This document shows, piece by piece, positions 38,317 to 47,249 of a stretch of DNA of 49,763 nt (positions are counted from its first letter, which is position 1; every line of letters begins with the position of its first letter). Under the pieces are notes generated by a model, which was given only the letters and a program-made list of their open reading frames with translations, had not been told where the DNA came from and made no database searches. The position numbers and the translations under genes are program-made. Source of the DNA: an uncultured virus (IMG/VR IMGVR_UViG_3300028588_000812) (taxonomy: Duplodnaviria > Heunggongvirae > Uroviricota > Caudoviricetes); IMG/VR virus record IMGVR_UViG_3300028588_000812. The stretch is one strand, 5' to 3'.

Positions 38317-40092
38317 TTATTGCTTGTAACGCTCTTTTAGAGCTTTTTGTTGGTCCATAATGCGTGTAAACAACTCAATTGGGTCTTCTGTAGAATTCAT
38401 AAGCTGAGCATCTAATTTAGCTGACTCAGAAGAATACAAATGACGCAAATAGCCTTTGAAAGAAGCTTCTACTGCTTCTTCTTTGCGCACGTCATCAATT
38501 TTCAAATCAAAATGAGAAAGTTGGATGAAGATAGGGTCGTTATAATCAAAACTCTTATTTTCAGCACTCTCAATTAACTTTGCAGCTATTTCAGGTTGTG
38601 TTAAGAAGAAACTGCTATCTAAACTTAAACGCTGAATAACAGCTAAGCTCTCCTGAGGGTATTGAACAAGAGTAGCAAGAATAGATACTTCTGACCTGTC
38701 TGCATTTTCAAAGATAGGTGCTTCTTCTTTATAAGTGTTTTCTTGCACTTTGTTAGCATTTGAACGGTTGCGACCACGAGCAGCCCATGTATCTAACTCT
38801 TGATATGATAGACCAGTCCATGCCGCAACTTTACGAATATATGCTGAATGTTGAATGCGGTCATTCACTTGTTCTAGCACTGACATAGCGGCACTAACAT
38901 AACCGCTTTTACCTTCGGGAGTTTTAATGTCCCATTCTTGGCGTAGCTCTGAAAGGATAAACTCAACTAAAGGCACTTGCGTAGTATCAATAAAGTTTGC
39001 AAGTTTTTCATCACCATAAGCTTTACGATAATCACAAGGGTCTGTCTTCTCATTATTGTCATCAACAAATTTTACAACATATGAATTTAGATGAATTTGT
39101 GGGTTTCCATAGAAAACTTTCTTTGCTGCTTCAATACCCGCAACATCACCATCGAAACAAAAAACAATTTTGAATTTTTCTGCATGCTTACCTAATTTAG
39201 ATAAATGTAATAGCATATCAGCATGGTCAGTACCAAAAGCAGTACCACAAGAAGCGACTGTATTTTCTTTACCAGAAGCCCTTAGCGCCATAACGTCTGT
39301 TTGTCCTTCAACAACATATACTTCCTGTTGTTGCGAAATTGCTCTTCTAGCAGAGCTTAAACCTAAGAGTGCTTTAGATTTATTATATAACTCTGTTTGT
39401 GGTGAGTTAAGATATTTAGCTCCGGTATCGTTATCAAAAATTCTTCTAGCACTGAAACCAATTGGTCTTCCTTGAATATCATAGATAGTCCAAATTAATC
39501 GGTTACGGAAACGTTCACGAATAGTTTTAGACTCATCTTTTCCTTCAATGACAATACCTGACTCTAATAATTCTTTTTCAGTGAAACCTTTTTGTCGCAA
39601 AATTGGTAATAAACCACCATTAGGGGCAAAACCAACAGATTCATCTGAGATAGAGAATTCAAGTAGATTACGTTCTTCAAGGTTATGCTTAGCTGGATGG
39701 TCCATAGGAATTTTTCCGTAATGATGACGATACCATTCCGCTGCTAAACGGTTGATTGTACTTAAACGTTGACGATGTTTGAATTTTGGATCTTCATCCA
39801 TCTTTAAAGCAATACCTGCTTCTTCTGCAAGTAGTTGCACAGCGCCAGGAAAACTTAGTTGTTCAATTTCTTGCACTAAAGTAAAAATGTCACCAGAGAT
39901 ACCACATCCGTAACAACGGAATGTTTGCATTGCAGGTCGTACATGAAAAGAAGGCGAACGTTCGCTGTGTACTGGGCATAAGCCTACCCATGAGGCACCA
40001 CTATTGCGGAAGCTAATTCCTCTGTTTTCAAGGTACGTAAGCATGTCCACTTTGTTGCGGATAGTATCTAAATCTTCTTTTGCGTATGACAT
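38317..40092 (-). CDS. dnaG: DNA primase
   Basis: CPVHSERSPSF..CYGC zinc finger, RFRNRL, KYLNSPQT, VEGQTDV, FDGDVAG TOPRIM. Confidence 0.95.
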   Translation of the reverse strand: MSYAKEDLDTIRNKVDMLTYLENRGISFRNSGASWVGLCPVHSERSPSFHVRPAMQTFRCYGCGISGDIFTLVQEIEQLSFPGAVQLLAEEAGIALKMDEDPKFKHRQRLSTINRLAAEWYRHHYGKIPMDHPAKHNLEERNLLEFSISDESVGFAPNGGLLPILRQKGFTEKELLESGIVIEGKDESKTIRERFRNRLIWTIYDIQGRPIGFSARRIFDNDTGAKYLNSPQTELYNKSKALLGLSSARRAISQQQEVYVVEGQTDVMALRASGKENTVASCGTAFGTDHADMLLHLSKLGKHAEKFKIVFCFDGDVAGIEAAKKVFYGNPQIHLNSYVVKFVDDNNEKTDPCDYRKAYGDEKLANFIDTTQVPLVEFILSELRQEWDIKTPEGKSGYVSAAMSVLEQVNDRIQHSAYIRKVAAWTGLSYQELDTWAARGRNRSNANKVQENTYKEEAPIFENADRSEVSILATLVQYPQESLAVIQRLSLDSSFFLTQPEIAAKLIESAENKSFDYNDPIFIQLSHFDLKIDDVRKEEAVEASFKGYLRHLYSSESAKLDAQLMNSTEDPIELFTRIMDQQKALKERYKQ

Positions 40093-40171
40093 ATGAGTAT
40101 ATTCTAACAGGTAAATTCAAAACACTGACGATATAATACACAGATCAACTACAGGAATTAGAACAGGAAAT

Positions 40172-41131
40172 ATGTCAGAACAAATTGTCTCATCAAAAGC
40201 TAAATGGGTTCTTCAAGAACTCATCCCCGTTATCTTAACATTAGGTATTGGTTTACTTTCCCTATTCCTATGCATAACAGAAAAAATCACTCTTGCTGGG
40301 TCCGTCATCGGAATGGTAGCTGGTTTTGGTTTAATGTTATACCTACTATTTGAAAACGGCAAACGTAAACGTCGCTCTACCCTTTTCGCTAAGTTAAGCA
40401 ATAACGACAAACACACTCTTTCTGTATGGATGCGTAAGCCCAACAAAGATAAGTGGAAAGGTCGTTTGGATGAAGGTAAAAACTCCGGTGATCTTAATGA
40501 AGCCACATATGTAGCTTTCGAGTCTGTCATGGGAACCAATACTGTCGTAGTTACTTTAAACAAAAACAAGAAACTTTATATCCCTGTTCGCCTTATTGAA
40601 GATAACGATACAGTTCGTCTTTACATTGTTGATGCTATCGCTGATGCAGGTGAAAAAGTCAAATTCAAGTCCAAGAAAGACAGCGAAGACTTTGCTACTT
40701 TATTAGTTGGAAGTAAAATTGAAAAAGAAAAGAAAACTGAAAAAGTAGTTGCTCAACCTTCTGAGGAATGGAAAAGAGAAAAAAGAAAAACTGTTGAAAA
40801 AGCAGAATATGCTAAATCTGAACCAGTTGAAGAGAAAGCTGCTGCTCCCAAGGTTGACTTAGCTGATAAACCCGAAGAGGTTAAGCCTGTTGCCCCACCG
40901 GTTGCTAAGAATGTTCAAGCTACCCAAGTAGTAGGCTATGACAGATACAAGGCTAAATCTGTTGAAGAAAAAGTTGATGATGCTATTAACGCAATTGATA
41001 TTAGAAAATCAGAAGCAGACCAGAAGAAAGCACGTGAAGATAACGCTCGCTTTGACGCGGACTCGCTTCTTTTCCCTGGTAACAGCGTTTCAAGTGTTTC
41101 AGTTGATATCAAACCAGAAGATAAAAAGTAA
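40172..41131 (+). CDS. Two-TM protein with charged cytoplasmic tail
   Basis: Two N-terminal TM segments; K/E-rich C-terminus. Confidence 0.75.
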   Translation: MSEQIVSSKAKWVLQELIPVILTLGIGLLSLFLCITEKITLAGSVIGMVAGFGLMLYLLFENGKRKRRSTLFAKLSNNDKHTLSVWMRKPNKDKWKGRLDEGKNSGDLNEATYVAFESVMGTNTVVVTLNKNKKLYIPVRLIEDNDTVRLYIVDAIADAGEKVKFKSKKDSEDFATLLVGSKIEKEKKTEKVVAQPSEEWKREKRKTVEKAEYAKSEPVEEKAAAPKVDLADKPEEVKPVAPPVAKNVQATQVVGYDRYKAKSVEEKVDDAINAIDIRKSEADQKKAREDNARFDADSLLFPGNSVSSVSVDIKPEDKK

Positions 41132-41145
41132 TCCTGTAGTTATAT

Positions 41146-41183
41146 AAATATCCCCCACCAGAATTAACTGGTGGGGGATATTT
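41146..41183. terminator. Bidirectional terminator
   Basis: aaatatcccccaccag-aattaa-ctggtgggggatattt. Confidence 0.85.
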
Positions 41184-41188
41184 TTGTA

Positions 41189-41845
41189 CTATTTACTTAA
41201 ACAATTAGAAGCAAGATAATGAATTGACTCTTCGTTTAATTCTTCATCAACAGGTTTAGCCATATCCATATGGTACTCAATGTTTTGTAAAATATTTGTA
41301 AGAGAGGCAACTTTATATTTGCCATTCTCACTAGTTGTTTTTACATCAGAACGAGTAACCGCTGTTATAGCGTGAACGCTGTATTCAGGGAATAGCATTT
41401 CGTAATCTTTAACTTTTTCAATAAGATTGTTATTCTCTAGCATACGTAAAGTATTGTTCTCGCCTACCTTACGGCCACGCAAGTCACCTTCTTTATTGAT
41501 TTTAAAAACTGCAAAGTTACTGTATGTTTTGGTTTCAATAAGTATAAGCTTATTCTGGAATAAGATTAAATGGTCAGTTTCACCAGGCTTGTTATGTGGC
41601 GCTAAAACTGAATGGAACACATATAAGTCATCATTCTCTAAAGCAAGAATGTTTAACATGCTTCCAATGACATTTTCACCATATTTACCTTTAAGGTTAC
41701 CTATGTCTATGCTGGCAGTATTGATCGTAGCGGGCACACCGCGAGCCAAAAGTCCGTATATTTTATTGTTTGCAGAACAAAGTTGGGCTAACTTCTTTCC
41801 AGCATAAAGCATAGTAGGGACGTTTTGATTTGCTCTTCTAGTCAA
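41189..41845 (-). CDS. NERD-domain nuclease-like protein
   Basis: KGKYGE..LYVFHSV..GETDHLIL..LIETKTY. Confidence 0.8.
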   Translation of the reverse strand: MTRRANQNVPTMLYAGKKLAQLCSANNKIYGLLARGVPATINTASIDIGNLKGKYGENVIGSMLNILALENDDLYVFHSVLAPHNKPGETDHLILFQNKLILIETKTYSNFAVFKINKEGDLRGRKVGENNTLRMLENNNLIEKVKDYEMLFPEYSVHAITAVTRSDVKTTSENGKYKVASLTNILQNIEYHMDMAKPVDEELNEESIHYLASNCLSK

Positions 41846-41935
41846 ATTCTTTCCTTTACGTAAAGTGTCACGTTAATGTCACTTACTTGTTATTTCTATC
41901 GGGTTGATACATGATAGAAAACTTATGATGCTACT

Positions 41936-42625
41936 TTATGCATTATTTTGAACATGTTGACGTTTGATTTCAATGAAATCATCCACAAGGTTTTTAGGGT
42001 CAAAAGTTTCACCAATAATAAGTTCAAATTTGGTGTAATCATCTAAAGCATGTTCTGATTTATGATTTAAAGCTTCCTGTGAATATTTTAGTCCATCACG
42101 AGAAGAACTACGTTTTAAGATAACTTCATCAGAAACATCAATACGAATTAATGCTCCATCTAAATCTAGAACTTTATCTGCTTCGTTAGGGAAACGTGCA
42201 TCTGTAATAAAAATGTAATCAACATCAGCAGGGAAGAAGTCTTGAATTTGGTCAACCCAGTAATTATCATTTTGCTTACGACGAATATCAGTACCAAGGT
42301 ACTGTAGGAAGCGTCTGACGCCCTCTGAGCGGTCCCAGCCCGTAAGAAGAGGGAAGTGCTTCATATCATTAAAGATAAGCTCATAGAGCGTATTTAAATC
42401 ATTTGCATCAATAGAATATTTGTCAGAAATTTCATCAAAACTAAAAGGATAATCACGGAATTCTTCCATTAGCTTTGTAGCTTCATTTTTAAGAGGCATC
42501 CCATATGATACTTCTGCTGTTTTGAAGCCGCGCTCATGGTAAACATCAGCTAGCTTAGATGCTAGATAATTTTTTCCGGAACCAATTCTTCCAGAGATTC
42601 CGATGATGTAGGGTCCACTAGTCAT
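41936..42625 (-). CDS. Deoxynucleoside monophosphate kinase (phage-type), probably leaderless
   Basis: IGISGRIGSGK P-loop, RRFLQYLGTD, ITDARFPNE, HKSE; TGATAAACT 6 nt before the ATG. Confidence 0.85.
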   Translation of the reverse strand: MTSGPYIIGISGRIGSGKNYLASKLADVYHERGFKTAEVSYGMPLKNEATKLMEEFRDYPFSFDEISDKYSIDANDLNTLYELIFNDMKHFPLLTGWDRSEGVRRFLQYLGTDIRRKQNDNYWVDQIQDFFPADVDYIFITDARFPNEADKVLDLDGALIRIDVSDEVILKRSSSRDGLKYSQEALNHKSEHALDDYTKFELIIGETFDPKNLVDDFIEIKRQHVQNNA

Positions 42626-42688
42626 ATGACAAGTTTATCACTTTCTGTGTTTTAATTAAAGTTATTGAAGGATAAATAATATAAATTA

Positions 42689-43579
42689 TTATTTGTCTTC
42701 TGTTGTTTCAGTTCCAGGTAATGGGGTTGATAAATCTTCGCTAACAGCGTCATAAGGATTATCTTTGTTCAATACTAGTTGGAACCATTGTGTTCCATCA
42801 TCCCAACGAGCGTCAGTCAAATCAGCTTCTGTAGGGCAAGAGAAGTCAATGGAAACAACTGGTAAACCAGTGGTAGCATCACTATTCCAATTGCCTAGCT
42901 CACCTGCAACAGAATCGCTGCCTTTAATTCTTTCTACAGGGTTAGAAAAGACTCGTACCGCAGTTTTATGATAAGGGTTCTGTCCCCATTCTTCTGGAGT
43001 AGTGTAAGAACCTGTAGCATAAGTAACCCCGTTAATTTCTTCTGTAGCAGCATTAGCAACAGGGTTTTCTGATGATGGTGGAACATCATATAGTTGCTCG
43101 AAGCTGTTAAAGCTGTCGCCACGAGCAGATAAATATGTGTCTAAATAACTTATTGTTCCAGTGATTTTACATTTGGTTGAAGTATCGTTTAAATCAATGT
43201 TATAAAATAAAATAGTATCAGGATGTTCAGTTAACGCAGGGTCAACAGGTGTTGGTAATGGAGCATTAGGGTCCAAATCTACATTGTCACCAACTTCTGG
43301 TTCATCAGAAGCTTTAGGGCTTGGGGTTACATTTGTAGCCGCTTTTTTAGGGTCAGGCTTGTTACCTTCACCCCAAACTCCAAAACCTAGCCCTTCAACA
43401 TCCTGCTTAAAGTAAGGTAATTTGTCAACTTTATCCACAGGCGCAACAAACTCTTGCTGGTTGTTTATAGCATTATTTGTGTTTGTTGTATCTTTTTTGT
43501 CATCTGACGAAGAGGTACAAGCAGTTAAGCCTATTAGCAACACAGCAGATGCAAAAATTGGTAATGTTTTCTTTAACAT
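42689..43579 (-). CDS. Lipoprotein
   Basis: MLKK..LLIGLTA-C lipobox. Confidence 0.8.
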   Translation of the reverse strand: MLKKTLPIFASAVLLIGLTACTSSSDDKKDTTNTNNAINNQQEFVAPVDKVDKLPYFKQDVEGLGFGVWGEGNKPDPKKAATNVTPSPKASDEPEVGDNVDLDPNAPLPTPVDPALTEHPDTILFYNIDLNDTSTKCKITGTISYLDTYLSARGDSFNSFEQLYDVPPSSENPVANAATEEINGVTYATGSYTTPEEWGQNPYHKTAVRVFSNPVERIKGSDSVAGELGNWNSDATTGLPVVSIDFSCPTEADLTDARWDDGTQWFQLVLNKDNPYDAVSEDLSTPLPGTETTEDK

Positions 43580-43614
43580 ATTTATCTTTCTTTAAAACCT
43601 TAGTATAACATTTT

Positions 43615-46023
43615 TTAGAATTCAGACTTCAAAGTGAAGCCAGAACCATTCCATTTGTAAATTCTAATCTTTTGTCCTGATGAAGCGGCTTCCTGTACCA
43701 TCATGTCGCTGTCAGATACTTGGACATATTGCAAGTCCCAAGTACCATTACCGCGTGAGTACCAAGCAAAAGCACCATCTTGGTTGTATACCCAGTGGTC
43801 AACAATTTGTCTTCCACCTAATGTGTAGGATGAAGCGTTCTGAGCAACAAAAGCTTTGTTGTAACGCACAAGGTTACGGTCTGTCTGAATGATTGTGAAG
43901 TATTCACCGTCAACACCTACAATTGAGTTAGATGAACGTGTGTCATTTGAGTATGTTTGCATTGGTAAGAAACCATTGTGAACAGATGAGAACAAACGCA
44001 TACGTGGTGTATCTACAGACATAGTATTCCAAGCGCCAACATTACCATATGCGTCCACAGCCCTAACAGAAGCTTGTGGCATTGCTTCTAAACCTGGCTG
44101 ATTAGTTTTGTTTGCATTACGGAAGCCTTGGTTTCTTACAGTCCCTTGGGCAGTCGCGGTATATGTAGCTGCACCATTGTTATTGATACGAGTTGTAGAA
44201 CCGTTATAGTTTAATTCGTAATAGCTTGCACCACTAACACTTGACCAACTAAAGTAGTTGCTCAAAATGTAAATTCTTACGCTTGTAAAGTTGTTAGGTG
44301 CGGCTGGTTTAGTAATAACTGAAATTGTTGCAGCAGGGGACTGAGCAGATTCAGTTGTTACGAAACCATTAATATTACAAATAAGTGAATACGTATATCT
44401 GTCACTACCAGGTGAAGAACCCACAGATACACTTACCTTATTGTTATCATTTTGATATGTAACAAGTTCGCCATTTGCATACAATCTGTATTGAGTTGCA
44501 GTGGTTCCTGTAGGACAAGTGTTACTGTTTAATGTAAAGACAGCGGTTGTATTTACAAGATAAGGAACGCTCTTATCTGGCACTGGTGCACTTAATGGAG
44601 CGGGTGCACGAGAGTATTGAGCAGTGTAACTATGTAGGTCGCTCATAGCAGATGCAATAGAAGCCGCTGCTCCGTCCACACAACGTGCTTGGACACGCCA
44701 TGAATAAGTTGTACCTGCAAGATGTTCTTGTGCTTGGTTTAAGTCTCCAAGCCAGCCAGAATCAACAGTTCCGCTTGGAGCATATTGTTGTAACTTATAT
44801 TCTGGTGTACCAGTAGCACAGGTAACTGCTGACCAAAGGACGTTGTTTGGGATAACAAGTGTTGAACCTTGCGCGTTATTAGAACTTAATCCAGTTGGGG
44901 CTACAGGTGGACGTAATGCTGTGTTAACGTCTGCAATTTTCGCTACAGAAGAAATACGTGTACCGTTAGGTAGTAAACATCCTACTGTGTGAGAGAAACG
45001 TGTTGTTCCACCACTTGACCAGGTACTAACATCATAAGTTAGAGAAGTTCTCCATGCAGCCCATGTGCTAGAGAAAGGCATAGCTGAACCTGTTTTTGTA
45101 TCAACAACAGACAATAGTGATTGTTTGACACCGGCTGGGCAGAAAGCATCGTTCCAGCTAGCATTAGCGCGGAAGTTTGTGTTGCTTGTCCATGAAGCTG
45201 TTGTAGCAACAAAGTTAGCTGGTGTGACAACGAACACTGCTACATTTTTTAAAGTAGCTGTTGAAAGTTGAGAAGGGTAACTAAAGTCAGTACCAATACT
45301 AATTAGGCAGCGAGCTTGTGCTTCATAAGTAACTTGTTCATTAGGTAACCATCCTGTCAAAGGTGTTGTAATGCTACGTGCAGCATCCCATGAAGTGTAG
45401 TAGAATTCTCCGCTACGAGATAAGTTGGAGACTTTAACACGGTATTCTAAGGACTTTTTGCTGTCAAATTGAGCACGGTCATCTTCATCAAGAGTACATG
45501 ATACTGCACTCATTTGAATAGCTGAAACTGATGTGGTTGCATTTGATGCCCAAGTGTTAACAACGCTTGGCGCAATAGGGTTAGTTACAACTGGTGGTTG
45601 CCATGGAAGGTCACCGCCGTCTGCAATGTTTGATTCAACACAAGGAGTAGATGATACTTCTTTGTTGTTTGCAGATACGAATAGTTTACCTACGGCAGAT
45701 GGAGCCTGAATACAGAAATTTGTTCTACTGTCAGAGTAAGAATAAACAAACTTCTGCATTTTAGGGTTTGACTTAATCTCATTAGGGAAATAAGTTGGGT
45801 ACAAACCGTTGTTATCTACAGCTTCCTGTTCAACAAGGATTGCGGCTGATTGTAGCGCAGTTTTGACGGTAGCAGAGTCTGATTCTGCTTTTGCGTTCAA
45901 ATACATAGGCACAACAATAGCTGTTAGGATACCAATAACAACGATACCTAATAGGATTTCAATGAGGCTGAAACCTTCTTCACGAAGGCGCTCTCTGCTC
46001 TTTTTCAAAATTACATGCAACAC
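43615..46023 (-). CDS. Type IV pilin N-terminal domain fused to fibronectin-III-like repeats and a possible lectin-like tip
   Basis: EEG|FSLIEILLGIVVIGILTAIVVP class III signal; repeated W..V.C..G..Y..V.A.C modules; C-terminal IIQTDRNLVRY. Confidence 0.8.
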   Translation of the reverse strand: MLHVILKKSRERLREEGFSLIEILLGIVVIGILTAIVVPMYLNAKAESDSATVKTALQSAAILVEQEAVDNNGLYPTYFPNEIKSNPKMQKFVYSYSDSRTNFCIQAPSAVGKLFVSANNKEVSSTPCVESNIADGGDLPWQPPVVTNPIAPSVVNTWASNATTSVSAIQMSAVSCTLDEDDRAQFDSKKSLEYRVKVSNLSRSGEFYYTSWDAARSITTPLTGWLPNEQVTYEAQARCLISIGTDFSYPSQLSTATLKNVAVFVVTPANFVATTASWTSNTNFRANASWNDAFCPAGVKQSLLSVVDTKTGSAMPFSSTWAAWRTSLTYDVSTWSSGGTTRFSHTVGCLLPNGTRISSVAKIADVNTALRPPVAPTGLSSNNAQGSTLVIPNNVLWSAVTCATGTPEYKLQQYAPSGTVDSGWLGDLNQAQEHLAGTTYSWRVQARCVDGAAASIASAMSDLHSYTAQYSRAPAPLSAPVPDKSVPYLVNTTAVFTLNSNTCPTGTTATQYRLYANGELVTYQNDNNKVSVSVGSSPGSDRYTYSLICNINGFVTTESAQSPAATISVITKPAAPNNFTSVRIYILSNYFSWSSVSGASYYELNYNGSTTRINNNGAATYTATAQGTVRNQGFRNANKTNQPGLEAMPQASVRAVDAYGNVGAWNTMSVDTPRMRLFSSVHNGFLPMQTYSNDTRSSNSIVGVDGEYFTIIQTDRNLVRYNKAFVAQNASSYTLGGRQIVDHWVYNQDGAFAWYSRGNGTWDLQYVQVSDSDMMVQEAASSGQKIRIYKWNGSGFTLKSEF

Positions 46024-46099
46024 GATACCTTTATTATCGGTATACTTCTTCGTTTCCTACTTAATAGTCAGCTTATCGTTACCATTCTTTATCTTTTAT

Positions 46100-46143
46100 A
46101 TAAATATGGCGCATATCCTGTAGAGAACATGCGCCATATTTAT
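46100..46143. terminator. Intrinsic terminator
   Basis: ataaatatggcgcat...atgcgccatatttat. Confidence 0.7.
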
Positions 46144-46151
46144 TAAATCAG

Positions 46152-46343
46152 TTACTTGCTGAGAAGAGAATACAGTTCAACTAGTTGTTCCATATCTTCT
46201 TTACATATTGTGAAACTTCTATAACCATGTGATTTATCATTGATTATAGTAAGAGTAACACTTTCCTTATCAGGACTTTCTGTTAGCCTTATTCCTTCCA
46301 TTGAACTTTTCCAATGGGTGTTAACTAAATTTGTGTTGCTCAA
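46152..46343 (-). CDS. Small hypothetical protein
   Basis: 63 aa, TTG start, CCGATA at 46374-46379. Confidence 0.55.
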   Translation of the reverse strand: MSNTNLVNTHWKSSMEGIRLTESPDKESVTLTIINDKSHGYRSFTICKEDMEQLVELYSLLSK

Positions 46344-46388
46344 AATAAACTTTCTGTAGTAATTCCTTATTAGTATCGGGAATTCTAC

Positions 46389-47048
46389 TTAACCTTGCCA
46401 ACCTTGGTCTGTAAGCACTTCTGCAATCTTAGGTGTGAAGAAGTTTGGTCCTTTAAGAACCTTGTTATCGCTTTCACGGTAGATAGGCTTACCATCTGCA
46501 CCTAACTTAGAAAGGTTGCTACGTTGTACCTCTGCAAGCACGTCATCAATGTCTACACCAAGACGGGCTGATGTTGCATAACAAGTGAAAATAATTTTAG
46601 TGATAGCGTTAGTTACACCCTTAATATCTAAAGCATTACTTGCTTCGGTGTAACGTTCAACTGCATCGTTAAGCACAGGAACTTCTTTCAGTAATACTGA
46701 CTTGATAAAGCGAGGTTCGGTAGGAATTTGAGCACCTTCTGCCTCTAACGCTAAATTAATAAGACGTGAAGGGGAAACATTATCTGTTAAACCTAGAACA
46801 TGATCAATGTTAATTCCGTGAGCAACGGCTGCACCATATGTCACGTAAAGAATGTCAGCTAGAGCATCAACTACTTCAATAAAGTCATCTTCATTGGTTG
46901 CTGTTTCTAGTTCTTCTGCTTCTTCTCTAATTAGTTCGATACGTAATTGACGCTCTGCAATGTCTATATTAGGAATAATACGAACTTTTTGTCCATAAGT
47001 TAAATGGAACTCTTCAACAAGTACAAGTGGGCTAGGGTATAATGGCAT
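46389..47048 (-). CDS. MazG-like/all-alpha NTP pyrophosphohydrolase
   Basis: LIREEAEEL..EVVDALADILYV and EVQRSNLSKL..GKPIYR..KVLKG. Confidence 0.85.
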   Translation of the reverse strand: MPLYPSPLVLVEEFHLTYGQKVRIIPNIDIAERQLRIELIREEAEELETATNEDDFIEVVDALADILYVTYGAAVAHGINIDHVLGLTDNVSPSRLINLALEAEGAQIPTEPRFIKSVLLKEVPVLNDAVERYTEASNALDIKGVTNAITKIIFTCYATSARLGVDIDDVLAEVQRSNLSKLGADGKPIYRESDNKVLKGPNFFTPKIAEVLTDQGWQG

Positions 47049-47249
47049 TTATATTTTCTTTCTGATAGTCTACGGGGTATATCGTCTTACGAATATTTAG
47101 GGAATAAAAATTCGGATGTTTACGTTATTAATTTTAACATAAACACGAATTATCGCCTTATATAAGGAATAGCGAAAAAGTGTTTTTTGTGCTAGACTAG
47201 GTTTCAGTTGTTACTTAGTATGTAACAAATAACAAGGACAGGATAAGAA

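Noticed and set aside
1317..46123. Numerous short antisense or alternate-frame ORFs (e.g. 4526..4936, 7463..7852, 13723..14100, 22435..22863, 41427..41807)
   Set aside because: They are shadows of well-supported genes on the opposite strand or frame, with no motifs
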